Made by a program: the position numbers and the translations under genes. A stretch of 64,000 nucleotides of DNA from a virus (taxonomy: Duplodnaviria > Caudoviricetes): the IMG/VR virus record IMGVR_UViG_3300037400_004242; one strand, written 5' to 3'. Positions 37,740 to 46,653 of the stretch are shown here, in pieces. A model generated the notes under the pieces. It made no database searches. It was not told where the DNA came from and was given only the letters and a program-made list of their open reading frames with translations. Each line of letters opens with the position of its first letter. Positions within the stretch are counted from its first letter, which is position 1.

Positions 37740-38408
37740 ATGTTGATGGAGAATGCGATAAAGCATACAAAGGATGTATTTATAACATTCTTGCGGCTAT
37801 ATTTTAATAATCCAAAAAATTATAAAAACAAATTACCGAGACAGATTAGTGATAATCACTTCACCGAGGCTGTTTTTTATGATTCAGAACCTGAAGAATT
37901 AAGGAAATTTCCAACGGTGATATTAAGTGCAACGTCAGGGAATATGATAACGAGTGGGTTAGGAGATATGTGTTCAGAAGTAACTGACCCGCGAACAGGT
38001 TCGATAATAGCATATCGTTATCAAGGTTTTTATGAATTTACTGTAACGATAGATATAGGTTGTAAGAATCCATTAGACCGAGAAGTATTTACCGATTTGA
38101 TTACAAAAGCATTAAGGTTTTCATTAAGGAGGTATATACAAAATCAGGGAATCATCATAAAGGATGCAAGTTATGCAGGAGAGACAACGATAGATTATAA
38201 CTCTGATAAAATATATATATCACAGGTAAGATTTAATACATGGTCAACATGGATAGAAGATGTAGATTTGCTCGACCCGAACGAGTTCAATATGAAATTA
38301 CAATTTGGGTTAGAAGATATAGGCAAAAAGACATTTGAATCTACAACAGTAGAGAAAAATTCAAATCGTAATGGTGAGAACAAAATCACATATAGCGATA
38401 AAAAATAA
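37740..38408 (+). CDS. Putative tail terminator/completion protein
   Basis: Directly precedes the sheath gene; FPTVIL motif; motif promoter at 37682..37696. Confidence 0.55.
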   Translation: MLMENAIKHTKDVFITFLRLYFNNPKNYKNKLPRQISDNHFTEAVFYDSEPEELRKFPTVILSATSGNMITSGLGDMCSEVTDPRTGSIIAYRYQGFYEFTVTIDIGCKNPLDREVFTDLITKALRFSLRRYIQNQGIIIKDASYAGETTIDYNSDKIYISQVRFNTWSTWIEDVDLLDPNEFNMKLQFGLEDIGKKTFESTTVEKNSNRNGENKITYSDKK

Positions 38409-38430
38409 TTAAAATTGGAGGTATATCAGT

Positions 38431-40599
38431 ATGCCATATAGAGTTCCTGGTGCGTATGCTCGATTCATAAAATCAGCAAGCGCAGTAAATAATGTTGGTG
38501 CTACACGTTGCTTAGGTTTAATTGGAACGGGCGCAAACTATTTTGAAGTTTATAATGAAGCAATTAAGAAAAGTGATTCACAAGCATATGATAAATTAAA
38601 GTATAACAATGTTTTTGAAATCATTTCTGTTACAGATAAAGCATTGAGTAATGGTGCAATTGTAAAAGGTTCTAAAGTCTTTACAGAAGGTAAGAATGAA
38701 GCCTATATGTTAAAAGACGGAAATAAAATTGCATGGAATACGATTCAAGCACCTGAATATAAAATTATTGCACAGCCAAATGAACGTAGTCTTCAACTAA
38801 AAGGAGAAATTACGTTAATTCCTGATGATGATAATGAATATCAGATTGTAGATGGTAGCTATACGCTTGAAATCACATATCTAGAAGATGCATTTGACCA
38901 TGCAGATTCTGCTCATGTAAACTGTGGATGTTATCGTGTAACGGATAATGCTACAAAGAAAATTATGGGTGAATGGGGTGTTAGTGAAGAATATAACCGC
39001 GAAGCAATCCCTGGTATGAAAATTTTAATTAAAGATGTTTTCGTGCCTGATAAGGATGGTAATTCCATTACGCATGTTGGTGATAGTGTAACGATTAAAA
39101 CGCAAGCACCAAAGACGGAAATTGAGCCACAAGTTGTATTCGATGAAACGATTACACAGTATAGTCAGAAACTTCGTGAATCTTTCCTTGCTTTAAATAA
39201 AGATAAGGTAGATGATGAATCAAAATACGAATATTTCATTATTACTGATTCAGATGAAGTTGTAGATGGTAGCTATGTATTTCAGGTTACAGACCCACTT
39301 ACAAAAGAAGTAAAAATTTATCAGGAAGATGAAACTGGTGCAGAAATTACACCTGCTTTGTTTGAAGGTGCAGTTAATTCTGTCACAGAGTATTTAAATA
39401 TCATCCCTGGTATTACATTTATGGTTCCAGATTTTGATAATACAGCAATCACAACAGGAGATTGCGTTCGTATTCTGACGAAGAAAGCTGTCTTTGGTAA
39501 AGCTATTGCCGAAAACAACGTTTATTATGTATCTTATAAATATCGTAAGGCGGAAGAAGATTACGAACCAAAAGTTTTCTATTCTTATGATGATGTAGTT
39601 CAAGAATATGGTAACTATGATGTCACAGCTTCTTCTATTGTTACAAATTCATTAACACTCGGTGCAGAATTGGCGTTCCGTGCAGGTGTCACACCATTAG
39701 TTTGTGTACAGGCGAAGAATGATTCCGATTATGAAATGAATAAGGCAATTGACAAATTGCAAAAAGATGTTGCAGGTGTTGATAACGTTAATGCTATTGT
39801 TCCATTAACAACATCAGCAGTTGTTGGTGCTCATGCACAGACACATATTGATAATATGTCCTCAGAGAAAGGACGCCATGAACGTATGGTATATCTTTCC
39901 GCACATGCAGGACAGCCAATTAATAAAGCCGCAACAGCCGCAGATAAATCTTTGGGCATGAAACAGCAAGCAGAAGCATATAATGACGAACGTGTTGTAT
40001 ATGTAACTCCAGGTCGTGTGCAGTATGATGTCAAGAACATTCAGACAGGTCGTATTAATACTCGTGTATTGCCTGGTTGCTATCTTGCATTAGGTGTAGC
40101 GACAGTTGCGTTTACGCATGATGTAGCAGAACCATTAACACGTAAAAAGATTGCTTGTGGGTTTAAGGGCTTGATGGATAGCTACACAGAAACTGAAAAG
40201 AACGCACTTGCAGAAAGTGGATGTTGTGTTGTTCATGAAAAAGGAAATGGTATTGTTGTTCGTCATGGTATTACAACTTGCGATGATGAAGTTAATACAA
40301 CAGAAATTACATTAATTCAGATTAAAGACTATGTAATTGCACAGGTTCGTAAGACTTGTGACGAATTATATGTAGGTATTAAAAACCTTCCTTCTGCAAA
40401 AGCAAACATTCAGTTCTCAGTTAATAGTATTTTGAGCCAGTTTGTCAGTCAGGAAATCATTTTAGGCTATAGCGGTCCAACGGTTAAGGATTCGCCTGAT
40501 GACCCACGCGAAGTTCTTGTCAATTTTGAAATCGAAGCAGTATATCCATTAAATTATATCACAATCAGCTTTGGATTCTCTTCTTCAGGTTCAAAATAA
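38431..40599 (+). CDS. Contractile tail sheath protein
   Basis: MPYRVPGAY start; C-terminal AEPLTRK..VRHGITT..DDPREVLVNFEIEAVYPLNYITISF. Confidence 0.9.
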   Translation: MPYRVPGAYARFIKSASAVNNVGATRCLGLIGTGANYFEVYNEAIKKSDSQAYDKLKYNNVFEIISVTDKALSNGAIVKGSKVFTEGKNEAYMLKDGNKIAWNTIQAPEYKIIAQPNERSLQLKGEITLIPDDDNEYQIVDGSYTLEITYLEDAFDHADSAHVNCGCYRVTDNATKKIMGEWGVSEEYNREAIPGMKILIKDVFVPDKDGNSITHVGDSVTIKTQAPKTEIEPQVVFDETITQYSQKLRESFLALNKDKVDDESKYEYFIITDSDEVVDGSYVFQVTDPLTKEVKIYQEDETGAEITPALFEGAVNSVTEYLNIIPGITFMVPDFDNTAITTGDCVRILTKKAVFGKAIAENNVYYVSYKYRKAEEDYEPKVFYSYDDVVQEYGNYDVTASSIVTNSLTLGAELAFRAGVTPLVCVQAKNDSDYEMNKAIDKLQKDVAGVDNVNAIVPLTTSAVVGAHAQTHIDNMSSEKGRHERMVYLSAHAGQPINKAATAADKSLGMKQQAEAYNDERVVYVTPGRVQYDVKNIQTGRINTRVLPGCYLALGVATVAFTHDVAEPLTRKKIACGFKGLMDSYTETEKNALAESGCCVVHEKGNGIVVRHGITTCDDEVNTTEITLIQIKDYVIAQVRKTCDELYVGIKNLPSAKANIQFSVNSILSQFVSQEIILGYSGPTVKDSPDDPREVLVNFEIEAVYPLNYITISFGFSSSGSK

Positions 40600-40632
40600 T
40601 AAGGGATAATAAAGGATGGTAGGTGATTATAT

Positions 40633-41256
40633 ATGGCAAAAGTAACTGGTACATCTTCTGCGTTCACGTCAGATACTAACAAATGGCTAAATACGCAACG
40701 TGCCACAGGTATGCCAGAAATTCTTGATAATAGTGCGTCACTACCAATTACTAGTACAAATATCGAGGTATATTCCAATAATATGAGAATCGGTTTTGTA
40801 CAGTCATTTACTCCTTCAGAACAACGTCAGATTACGAAAGTTCAGGAGTTAGGTACAGAAGGTGTTGTACAATCTGTACCAGGTAATACAAATGGTGGTC
40901 AGATTGCAATATCAAGATTTGCAATATTTAATGGAAGTTTGTATAATGCTTTAGGATTGACACCAACAGGTCAATTTTCTCAATATGCTTCACAGATTCC
41001 TGGTGATGCAAAAGTTTATAGTGCTTCTACGAATACATTAGGTAATCCTTTCAAGACATTGAAGGAACAACGTGTACCACTAGAATTACAGATAAAAACG
41101 AAAATGCCTGATGTAGGAAAAGCATATTACATCGAAACATATGTTGACTGCTGGTTAAGTAGTTATTCAAAAGCAATTGCAAGCGGTACGATTACAGTTA
41201 CTGAATCTGCTACAATTCAGTATTCGGATGTTTATTCTAGTATGGCAAAGGAGTGA
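40633..41256 (+). CDS. Tail tube protein (paralog 1)
   Basis: Follows the sheath gene; IGFVQSF..SEQR..ELG..VPGN..Y.DCWL.SYS..TVTESATIQY. Confidence 0.8.
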   Translation: MAKVTGTSSAFTSDTNKWLNTQRATGMPEILDNSASLPITSTNIEVYSNNMRIGFVQSFTPSEQRQITKVQELGTEGVVQSVPGNTNGGQIAISRFAIFNGSLYNALGLTPTGQFSQYASQIPGDAKVYSASTNTLGNPFKTLKEQRVPLELQIKTKMPDVGKAYYIETYVDCWLSSYSKAIASGTITVTESATIQYSDVYSSMAKE

Positions 41257-41264
41257 CGTAGAGT

Positions 41265-41945
41265 ATGGCATATGATGCAACAAGACACTTCAACAACTTT
41301 GGTCAGAATACTTCTACAAACACTCACCGTGCAACGCGAAATGATATAAGAACTGCTAACAATACAATGAAGCCTGTGTCTTCATTTGATAACTCGTTAG
41401 CAACAACATCTACAAATATTTTCGTTTATTCAAACGGTTGTATCGTAGGTATGATTCAAAGTTTTAATATAAGTGAGCAAAGACAGGTTAATAAATTACA
41501 GGCAATCGGTTGGGAAGGTGTTGTGCAAGCCGTCCCAGGAAACACGAATGGTGGAACCCTAAATGTTTCTCGTATTGCTCTTTATGAATCTTCTATTTGG
41601 AACGCTCTTGGTTTAACAACAAATGGTGTTCCATTCAATGAAGTTGGTTCAAAGGTTTATGATTCTACAGCAAGAGATAGTGCTACAGATTGGGATAGTT
41701 CCACAATGGTTCAGGAAGATAGCGCATCGTCAAGAAAGGTTAATACACGTTTAGTATTTAAAACGTTGAAAGACCAAAAAGTTCCACTTGAAATTCAGGT
41801 TAAGACACGTCGTAATGGTAGTGCTGATGAATATTATGTGGAAACTTATATTGACTGTTGGCTAGCATCTTATTCTAAATCATATACAGTTCAGAACATA
41901 ACTGTTGCAGAGACAGCCCAGATTTCGTATGCAGATGTTTATTAA
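41265..41945 (+). CDS. Tail tube protein (paralog 2)
   Basis: Aligns by eye with 40633..41256 over most of its length. Confidence 0.8.
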   Translation: MAYDATRHFNNFGQNTSTNTHRATRNDIRTANNTMKPVSSFDNSLATTSTNIFVYSNGCIVGMIQSFNISEQRQVNKLQAIGWEGVVQAVPGNTNGGTLNVSRIALYESSIWNALGLTTNGVPFNEVGSKVYDSTARDSATDWDSSTMVQEDSASSRKVNTRLVFKTLKDQKVPLEIQVKTRRNGSADEYYVETYIDCWLASYSKSYTVQNITVAETAQISYADVY

Positions 41946-41952
41946 TATATAG

Positions 41953-41983
41953 GAAAAGAAATACCACTATGGTATTTCTTTTC
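41953..41983 (+). terminator. Terminator after the tube genes
   Basis: gaaaagaaatacca/tggtatttcttttc. Confidence 0.75.
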
Positions 41984-42029
41984 TTATGTTTTATTTTATA
42001 AATAGAAAAATAAAAAAGGATGGATAAAT

Positions 42030-42266
42030 ATGAAAACAATTAAATGTGTACTTGATGTAGATTTTGATGATATAGAATATTGTGCAAATGATAGAGCAAG
42101 AAAATTTTTACGGAAAGTTGAAGATTTAGGATTAGAAGACCAATTTATGGATATTTTTGATGAAGAGACATTTGATGAAATTCTTCATTGTTTAAATAGT
42201 GATTTAGGATTAAAAATGATATGTCATTGGATGGATATTCCTGAGAAAGATGTATTAGATGTATGA
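42030..42266 (+). CDS. Small acidic hypothetical protein
   Basis: Own motif promoter (41992..42006) and terminator (42271..42300). Confidence 0.65.
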   Translation: MKTIKCVLDVDFDDIEYCANDRARKFLRKVEDLGLEDQFMDIFDEETFDEILHCLNSDLGLKMICHWMDIPEKDVLDV

Positions 42267-42323
42267 TGATAAAGAGGAACAATGAAATGTTCCTCTTTTT
42301 TATATAATATTTTGGTGATAAGT

Positions 42324-43604
42324 ATGTCTAAATTTGTAGATTTAACAAATCAAGTTTTTGGAGATTTGACGGTTATAAAACGTGCAGAAGATAGATGTGG
42401 TAGAACAAGATGGTTATGTAAATGCTCTTGTGGGAAAATTGTGGAACGTTATGCTTATGATTTAAAACATGGAAATACGACTTCTTGTGGATGTAAGAAA
42501 AAGAAAAAAATATCAAAATCGGAAACAATACATGGGATGTCAAAAACAAAATTTTATAAAACATTTCATGGTATGAAACAAAGATGTTATAATCTAAAAA
42601 ACAAAAGATACAAAAATTATGGTGGAAGAGGAATTATTGTTGAATGGAAAAATTTTTCTGAATTTTATCATGATATGTATGATTCATATTTAGAACATGT
42701 TAAAATATATGGAGAAAAAAATACGACAATAGATAGAATTGATGTAAATAAAAACTATAGTAAAGAGAATTGTCGTTGGGCTACATGGGAAGAACAAGCA
42801 TTAAATACAACAAGAAATATTAAAATAACTTATCACAATAAGGAATATACAGTAGAAGAAATTAGCAAGATGACGAATCTTTCTAGTAAATGTATTTATG
42901 AGAGATTATCTTTAGGATGGGATATAGAAAGAATTTTTAAGAAAGAGAAAAAGAAAGCATCAACTTCCAAAGAAATTTTGATAACATATCAAGGAGAAAC
43001 ACATAATCTTACAGAGTGGAGTAAAATTATGAATATGTCTGTAGGAAAAATAAGTTATCGGTATCATTTAGGATGGGATGCAGAAAAAATATTTTATTAT
43101 CAAAAAGAGACAAAAATAAAAGAAAAAACATTTCAAACGTATAATGATTATAAAGATGAAATTATTCTTGTCACAGATAAAATTCATAATTTAATTCATA
43201 AAAAATTTGGGGCACTTACAGTAATTGCAAGATTGACGAATAAAAATGGAAAAATACGATGGCTTTGTAAATGCGATTGTGGAAATTATTGTGATAAATT
43301 AGGAAACAGTTTAACAACACATCATACAACTTCATGCGGATGTAAAATTAATCGAAGAGGAATTACTAAAATATATCATCAAGAATATATTGTATGGAAT
43401 AATATAAAACAATGGTGTTATAATTTAAAAAATCCGAAATATCAATATTATGGTAAAAAAGGGATAAAAATGAGTGACGTATGGAAAAATAGTTTTCAAA
43501 GGTTTTTAAATGATGTAGGTAAGAAACCTGAGCATACAATTTTATCTAGGAAAGACGAATTTCAAGATTTTACAAAAGAGAATTGTTATTGGAAGGGAAT
43601 ATAA
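42324..43604 (+). CDS. Multi-module HNH-like homing endonuclease
   Basis: Two FG.LTV..WLCKC.CG..TSCGC modules; YGGRGI..TIDRIDVN..Y..ENCRWAT plus a degenerate second copy. Confidence 0.8.
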   Translation: MSKFVDLTNQVFGDLTVIKRAEDRCGRTRWLCKCSCGKIVERYAYDLKHGNTTSCGCKKKKKISKSETIHGMSKTKFYKTFHGMKQRCYNLKNKRYKNYGGRGIIVEWKNFSEFYHDMYDSYLEHVKIYGEKNTTIDRIDVNKNYSKENCRWATWEEQALNTTRNIKITYHNKEYTVEEISKMTNLSSKCIYERLSLGWDIERIFKKEKKKASTSKEILITYQGETHNLTEWSKIMNMSVGKISYRYHLGWDAEKIFYYQKETKIKEKTFQTYNDYKDEIILVTDKIHNLIHKKFGALTVIARLTNKNGKIRWLCKCDCGNYCDKLGNSLTTHHTTSCGCKINRRGITKIYHQEYIVWNNIKQWCYNLKNPKYQYYGKKGIKMSDVWKNSFQRFLNDVGKKPEHTILSRKDEFQDFTKENCYWKGI

Positions 43605-45065
43605 ATGCCAAATATTATTGATTTGACAAATCAAGTTTTTGGAGATTTGACAGTTATTTGTCGTGCAAAAGGAAAGAATCATCGTGCATATTGGTTATGC
43701 AAATGTAAATGTGGAAATGAGAAAATAATCAATGGTACGAATTTAATTCATGGAAAAACAAAAACTTGTGGGCATTGTAAAATAAAAGATATTCCTTCAA
43801 AAGGAATGTATGGTATTCATTCTGTTTTTCATACATTGGAAGAGTGGAGTAATATTACAGGATTATCTGTTAATGATGTAAAAGAATGTTTTGAACAGCA
43901 TATTTCATTTTTTGATTTTATGAAACGAAATCAAACGATAGATGAAACAGGAAATAGATATGGAAAATTAACAGTTATAAAACAAGTAGAAAATGATAAA
44001 TTCAATCGTGCATGTTGGTTATGTAAATGTGATTGTGGAAATGAAATTGTTGTAGAAGGAGCACAATTAAGAAGTAAAGAATATGCGTCTTGTGGATGTG
44101 AGAAAAAGAATCGTTTGAAAGAATTAACACAAACACATGGAAAATCAAAAACATCTACTTATCAATCTTGGCTAAGTATGAAAAGTAGATGTTATAATCG
44201 TAATAATAATCGGTATGAAAATTATGGAGGTCGTGGAATTAAAGTTTGTGAACAATGGAAAAATAATTTTGAACAATTTTTAAAAGATATGGGAGAAAAG
44301 CCTAATATTCATTATTCTATTGATAGGATAGATGTCAATGGAGACTATGAGCCGTATAATTGTAGATGGGCAACGAATGCACAACAAGCGAATAACAAAC
44401 AAAATTCAAATCACAATTATAAAAAAGAATTAGAAGTAATTTATTGGAATATTCATAAACGATGTAACGTAAAAACATCGAAGAATTATAAAAATTATGG
44501 TGGAAGAAATATTAAATTAGAATGGAAATCATTTATTGATTTTTATCGTGATATGTTAAAATCTTATGTAGAACATCGTGAAGTTTATGGTAGAAAAAAT
44601 ACATCCATAGATAGAATTGATGTGAATGGAAATTATTGTAAAGAAAATTGTAAATGGAGCACTTTAAAAGAACAAGCAAATAATAAAAGAAATACGATTG
44701 TTTTAGTGTATAAAAATATTTCTCATACTTTGTTTGAATGGAGTAAAATAGTAGGTATCAAGCAAAATGTTTTGTATCGCAGGTATCAATTACATTGGAA
44801 TGTTGAAGATATTTTATATAAGCCTGTAAAAAATAGTGTTTCAAAAGAAACTCTGTTGGAAAAACATACTTATAATTCATGGAAAGACATGTTAAGATAT
44901 GCTAAAAGAAGAAATATAGATGTTCAAGTATCGTGGAATATTTATAATAATTTTTTTTATGATATGGGATTAAAATTTGAACATTCAAAATTGACAAGAA
45001 TAGATAAAACAAAAGGATATTCAAAAGAAAATTGTATTTGGAAAAGAAGTGATAAGAATGGATAG
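43605..45065 (+). CDS. Multi-module HNH-like homing endonuclease, paralog of the previous gene
   Basis: Near-identical 5' DNA (DLTNQVFGDLTVI); two Cys modules and three IDRID..NC.W modules. Confidence 0.8.
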   Translation: MPNIIDLTNQVFGDLTVICRAKGKNHRAYWLCKCKCGNEKIINGTNLIHGKTKTCGHCKIKDIPSKGMYGIHSVFHTLEEWSNITGLSVNDVKECFEQHISFFDFMKRNQTIDETGNRYGKLTVIKQVENDKFNRACWLCKCDCGNEIVVEGAQLRSKEYASCGCEKKNRLKELTQTHGKSKTSTYQSWLSMKSRCYNRNNNRYENYGGRGIKVCEQWKNNFEQFLKDMGEKPNIHYSIDRIDVNGDYEPYNCRWATNAQQANNKQNSNHNYKKELEVIYWNIHKRCNVKTSKNYKNYGGRNIKLEWKSFIDFYRDMLKSYVEHREVYGRKNTSIDRIDVNGNYCKENCKWSTLKEQANNKRNTIVLVYKNISHTLFEWSKIVGIKQNVLYRRYQLHWNVEDILYKPVKNSVSKETLLEKHTYNSWKDMLRYAKRRNIDVQVSWNIYNNFFYDMGLKFEHSKLTRIDKTKGYSKENCIWKRSDKNG

Positions 45066-45238
45066 AAATATAATTATTTATTTAGAAGGGATTGCGGAAT
45101 CAGTATAAAACTAAGCCTATGGAGATTGTGTAAGACGTAAAAAGGTATGGCTACGCCATACCTCATGCGATTTCACCGCATACGCTACGGTCAAAGAAAT
45201 AGGAATCCCCCACATGTACATGTGGGGGAGGATGTCAA
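45058..45238 (+). mobile_element. IS605-type right-end remnant/TnpB omegaRNA without tnpB
   Basis: aagcctatggagattgtgtaagac, hairpins aggtatggc/gccatacct and atgcg/cgcat, gaaataggaa, palindrome tcccccacatgtacatgtggggga, ggatgTCAA. Confidence 0.78.
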
Positions 45239-45283
45239 CAAGTATGGTAGTAGCAAGAGCAAAATTAATAGAAGGAAATAATT

Positions 45284-45580
45284 ATGGAATTAACGTATGA
45301 TAAAATGAAAGAAGATTATGGTTCAATAAAATATAACAATGAAGAATATATCATCGTAAATGAGATACCATATTATGATTATCAGTATAAAGGACATAAT
45401 CAGCAAGAATATTACAAAGGAATTGCAGTAAAATTAGGTGATGAAATAGATGAAGATGGATTTGTACCTGCGTATGAAATGAAATGGGATATAAAAAACA
45501 AAGATGAAATTCCTCCTTGTGATTGGAACAGTCCAAAAGAAATTACAGAGAATGGGTATTATCAAATTGAAGAAATATAA
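45284..45580 (+). CDS. Small acidic hypothetical protein
   Basis: SD gaagga; terminator at 45585..45620. Confidence 0.65.
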   Translation: MELTYDKMKEDYGSIKYNNEEYIIVNEIPYYDYQYKGHNQQEYYKGIAVKLGDEIDEDGFVPAYEMKWDIKNKDEIPPCDWNSPKEITENGYYQIEEI

Positions 45581-45675
45581 AAGAAAAAGCTGTGTGTAAT
45601 GCAAAAACACACAGCTTTTATTTATTTTTTAGAGCAAAAAGTCAAGAAAAATTAGAAAGGGTGTCTTGAACAGAA

Positions 45676-46632
45676 ATGGCAGATGAAAAAGATAAGAAAG
45701 AAAAACGAAGAATTATTATGGATATAATTTTTCGCGGATATGCAACAAAAGAAATAAAAAAGTTTCATAAGCGTTGGAAGTTTAAGACATTAAATTCTGA
45801 AGAACATCGTAAGATATGGTCAATATCTACGATAAGTGATGATGAATCTGTTAATTGGGTAACATATAAAGCACAGATATTAAAGAGTGCTTTTTTATCT
45901 TTAAATGATATAGAAGCAACAGAAGAAGGAAAAGATGAAATCTTTGAACAACTTCCACAGTCAGTTATTGATGCATTATATGAAGAATACCGAAAACTAG
46001 ATGACATTCAATTGCAAGCAAGTAATGAAATGGAACTGATTAAAGAAATCACAGAAAGTCCTTATTCTAGAGTAAAATTTAGAGTAATGAAAGAATTTAA
46101 TATTTTGCCAACGGATAAAAGATATAAAGAATTGAATGAGCATCAAATGTTATGGTTATATGAAAATATCATGAAAGATATGCAAGAAGAAGAAGAACGA
46201 AAAAAACAAAGAATGGATTATCTTGCATTTTATATTAATCCTGAATTAGCGCAAGAAGTAAGGAATAAAGAAAAAGAACGCGAAGGTGCTAAAGATGGAT
46301 TCGGGACAAGTAAACCTGTTGAAAAAATGAAAGCACATGATGAAGCAACGAATGACCCAAATATTATTACGCATTATGGTGATACAACTGTAGATGAAGA
46401 TTTTGATGCGAAGTTAAAACTTTTTGCTACAGATGAAGAATTGACAGAATTAGATGATGATACACACAAAGGAAATTCTGCTGAGACAAAAGATTCCTTC
46501 TTATCTCGTGTTGTAGGAGCACAAAAAGAAATCCAAGATGCGAATGAAAAGGTGTTAGAAAAACAAGTAGAAGAAGATGCGAAAAAAGCAGGGATAAATC
46601 CTGATGACTTGGATATTATCGAAGTAAAATAA
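45676..46632 (+). CDS. Tail assembly chaperone-like protein (long form)
   Basis: Directly before the tape measure gene; N-terminal ~110 aa paralogous to 58573..59016. Confidence 0.6.
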   Translation: MADEKDKKEKRRIIMDIIFRGYATKEIKKFHKRWKFKTLNSEEHRKIWSISTISDDESVNWVTYKAQILKSAFLSLNDIEATEEGKDEIFEQLPQSVIDALYEEYRKLDDIQLQASNEMELIKEITESPYSRVKFRVMKEFNILPTDKRYKELNEHQMLWLYENIMKDMQEEEERKKQRMDYLAFYINPELAQEVRNKEKEREGAKDGFGTSKPVEKMKAHDEATNDPNIITHYGDTTVDEDFDAKLKLFATDEELTELDDDTHKGNSAETKDSFLSRVVGAQKEIQDANEKVLEKQVEEDAKKAGINPDDLDIIEVK

Positions 46633-46653
46633 AGAGAAAGGAGGATAAAGGAT

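Noticed and set aside
42271-45240. Group I intron or IStron around the HNH genes
   Set aside because: The flanking genes are complete and there is no room or recognisable core for a ribozyme.
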